From Pholidichthys leucotaenia (lineage: Eukaryota): a stretch of 64,000 nucleotides of DNA. Below are positions 62,799 through 64,000 of the stretch, in pieces (within the stretch, counting starts at the first letter, position 1; each line of letters begins with the position of its first letter). The stretch spans positions 342,451,700 to 342,515,699 of the forward strand of contig CM035838.1 in the NCBI GenBank assembly GCA_020510985.1, in the 5' to 3' direction. The notes beneath the pieces were generated by a model. It was given only the letters and a program-made list of their open reading frames with translations. It did no database searches and was not told the DNA's origin. A program made the translations under genes and the position numbers.

Positions 62799-63524
62799 GT
62801 GGCCGTCAAGCTGCCTGATTTCTGGCAGGATAACCCACGGTCGTGGTTCCTGCAAGCGGAGTCTCAGTTCGCGCTCGCAGGAGTAACGGTGGATGACACT
62901 AAGTTCCACCATGTCATCGCTAAACTGGACAACAGCACAGCTCGGTGTGTGCAGAGCTTGGTGGAGCAGCCACCCGCGACCGGCAGGTACGACAAGCTGA
63001 AATCCACCCTCATTAAGTTTTTCACCCCCTCGGCCAAAGTGAGGGCGAGGAGGATCCTGTCTTTGCTAGACCAAGGAGGACACAGGCCGAGCGCCTTGAT
63101 GGAGGAGATGATACAGCTGAGAGGGTCGGACAACGATGATTTCCTCTTCCAGTTCATCTTCCTCTCCAACCCCCCGACGCATGCGAGAAGCACGCTGGCC
63201 GGCAAGAAGTGTCACACCCTGGAGGAGTTCCGGGAGCTGGCCCAGGAAGCAGATGGGATTCTGGACGCCTGCGGCGGGCAAGCAACCACAGCGGCGACCC
63301 AAGACAGCGGGGAGCCAGAGGCGGCAGACCCAGGTTGGCCGACGACGGCGGCAGCACGGCCGCGACGAGGTGGAGCCAATGGTCCGGTGGCAGAGGCGCG
63401 GCCCCGACACAGCGGAGGAGAGGATCTCTGCTTTTACCATCGGAGGTTCGCTGATAGGGCACGCAGGTGTGTGCCGCCCTGCAACTTCAAGAGTTCGGGA
63501 AACGGCAAGACCGGGGGTCGCTAG
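62799..63524 (+). CDS. Copy F gag (241 aa) with a Cys knuckle
   Basis: 'AVKLPDFWQDNPRSWFLQAESQFALAGV'; 'CFYHRRFADRARRCVPPCNFK'. Confidence 0.75.
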   Translation: MAVKLPDFWQDNPRSWFLQAESQFALAGVTVDDTKFHHVIAKLDNSTARCVQSLVEQPPATGRYDKLKSTLIKFFTPSAKVRARRILSLLDQGGHRPSALMEEMIQLRGSDNDDFLFQFIFLSNPPTHARSTLAGKKCHTLEEFRELAQEADGILDACGGQATTAATQDSGEPEAADPGWPTTAAARPRRGGANGPVAEARPRHSGGEDLCFYHRRFADRARRCVPPCNFKSSGNGKTGGR

Positions 63525-63529
63525 CAGCT

Positions 63530-64000
63530 TCGACTCTCGGAGAAGGCAACAAGCTGCTCTACATCACGGATACGGGCTCCGGACGAGAGTTCCTCATAGA
63601 CACCGGAGCCCAAGTGAGCTTCATCACCCCAACATACGCGGACCGGGTGGCTGGACCCCGCGGTAGCGGAGCTACGGCGGCAAATGGCTCGAGCATCAAC
63701 ACCTACGGGAAAAGGACCTTGCCTTTATGCTTACATGGCCGCACATATGAATGGACTTTTGTAATAGCGGCGGTGAGTATCAACATGTTGGGCGCGGATT
63801 TTTTGTGCTCACACAATCTGTTAGTTGATCTTGCTAATAGACGGCTGGTAAATGCACTCTCTTTTTACTCTCTCCCCTGTGCAGCTCGAGTGTCCCCGCC
63901 ACCAGCACAGACCCACGTCGCTACAGCAGGTGGTAAGTTTCACATACTCCTCACCCAATTTCCAGCACTCACTGTGCCCACTTTTTCAGCGACAGTCGCG
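63530..64000 (+). CDS. Copy F protease / start of pol, truncated by the window end
   Basis: 'KLLYITDTGSGREFLIDTGAQVSFITP', '[31 protein letters not shown]'. Confidence 0.65.

Larger units (their letters stand above)
62270..64000 (+). mobile_element. LTR retrotransposon copy F (same superfamily), + strand, runs off the window end
   Basis: Putative 5' LTR ends at ~62748 ('…ggctccccaca'), followed by PBS 'aTTGGAGAAGG'. gag ORF 62799..63524; protease 63530..64000. Confidence 0.65.

Overview
This is eukaryotic DNA, almost certainly from a teleost fish. The evidence is the mix of elements: Rex1/Babar-like and L2-like LINEs (the L2 copies carry (CCAT)n and (TTGAA)n tails), Tc1-like transposons with long terminal inverted repeats (TIRs), a Harbinger (PIF/Harbinger) element and spliced exon structure. 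I found no prokaryotic features and no CRISPR array.

The window is a dense nest of transposable elements with no clear conserved host gene. Key points:
- **Gypsy-like retrotransposons.** There are at least five LTR (long terminal repeat) retrotransposon copies (A, B, C and F with gag/pol, plus the internally deleted D).
 - A, B, C and D lie on the minus strand; F lies on the plus strand and runs off the window end.
 - Copy B (22936..27660) is complete, has 5-bp target site duplications (TSDs) and LTRs that are about 99.5% identical, so it is a young insertion.
- **Non-autonomous LTR element E (51129..53361).** It has 600-bp near-identical LTRs and no gag/pol. Its primer binding site (TGGTGACCCC) matches that of copy B.
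- **Five-level nesting at 15096..32000.** From outermost to innermost: Rex1-like LINE, Gypsy copy A, an 8.8-kb TIR-bounded element X, a LINE fragment, and Gypsy copy B.
- **Element X (22772..31578).** It has perfect 13-bp TIRs and a 2–3 bp TSD. It carries an unclassified ~550-aa coding region (29272..30942, minus strand) with two C-x2-C…YHR-x-C modules and a CXC-like cysteine cluster. I see no DDE (the acidic catalytic triad of cut-and-paste transposases) or reverse transcriptase (RT) signature in it. This is the most novel-looking object in the window.
- **Harbinger inside Tc1 (32310..39755).** A Tc1-like element is split by a 5.6-kb Harbinger element (33180..38821, TSD TTA). The Harbinger keeps a multi-exon Myb/SANT-like gene but only the C-terminal tail of its transposase.
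- **Other DNA transposons.** A nearly intact Tc1-like transposase (43368..44375) has one N-terminal frameshift. A 1.5-kb TTAA-flanked piggyBac-like miniature inverted-repeat transposable element (MITE) sits in its right TIR. A pogo-like non-autonomous element carrying a pipsqueak (psq)/CENP-B-type helix-turn-helix (HTH) remnant sits inside the Rex1 LINE.
- **Smaller items.** Two L1 fragments, several L2 and SINE tail fragments, an apparent inversion junction inside a Gypsy pol (4491..8594), and minisatellites.

All coordinates for repeats and transposable elements are approximate, roughly ±10 bp.
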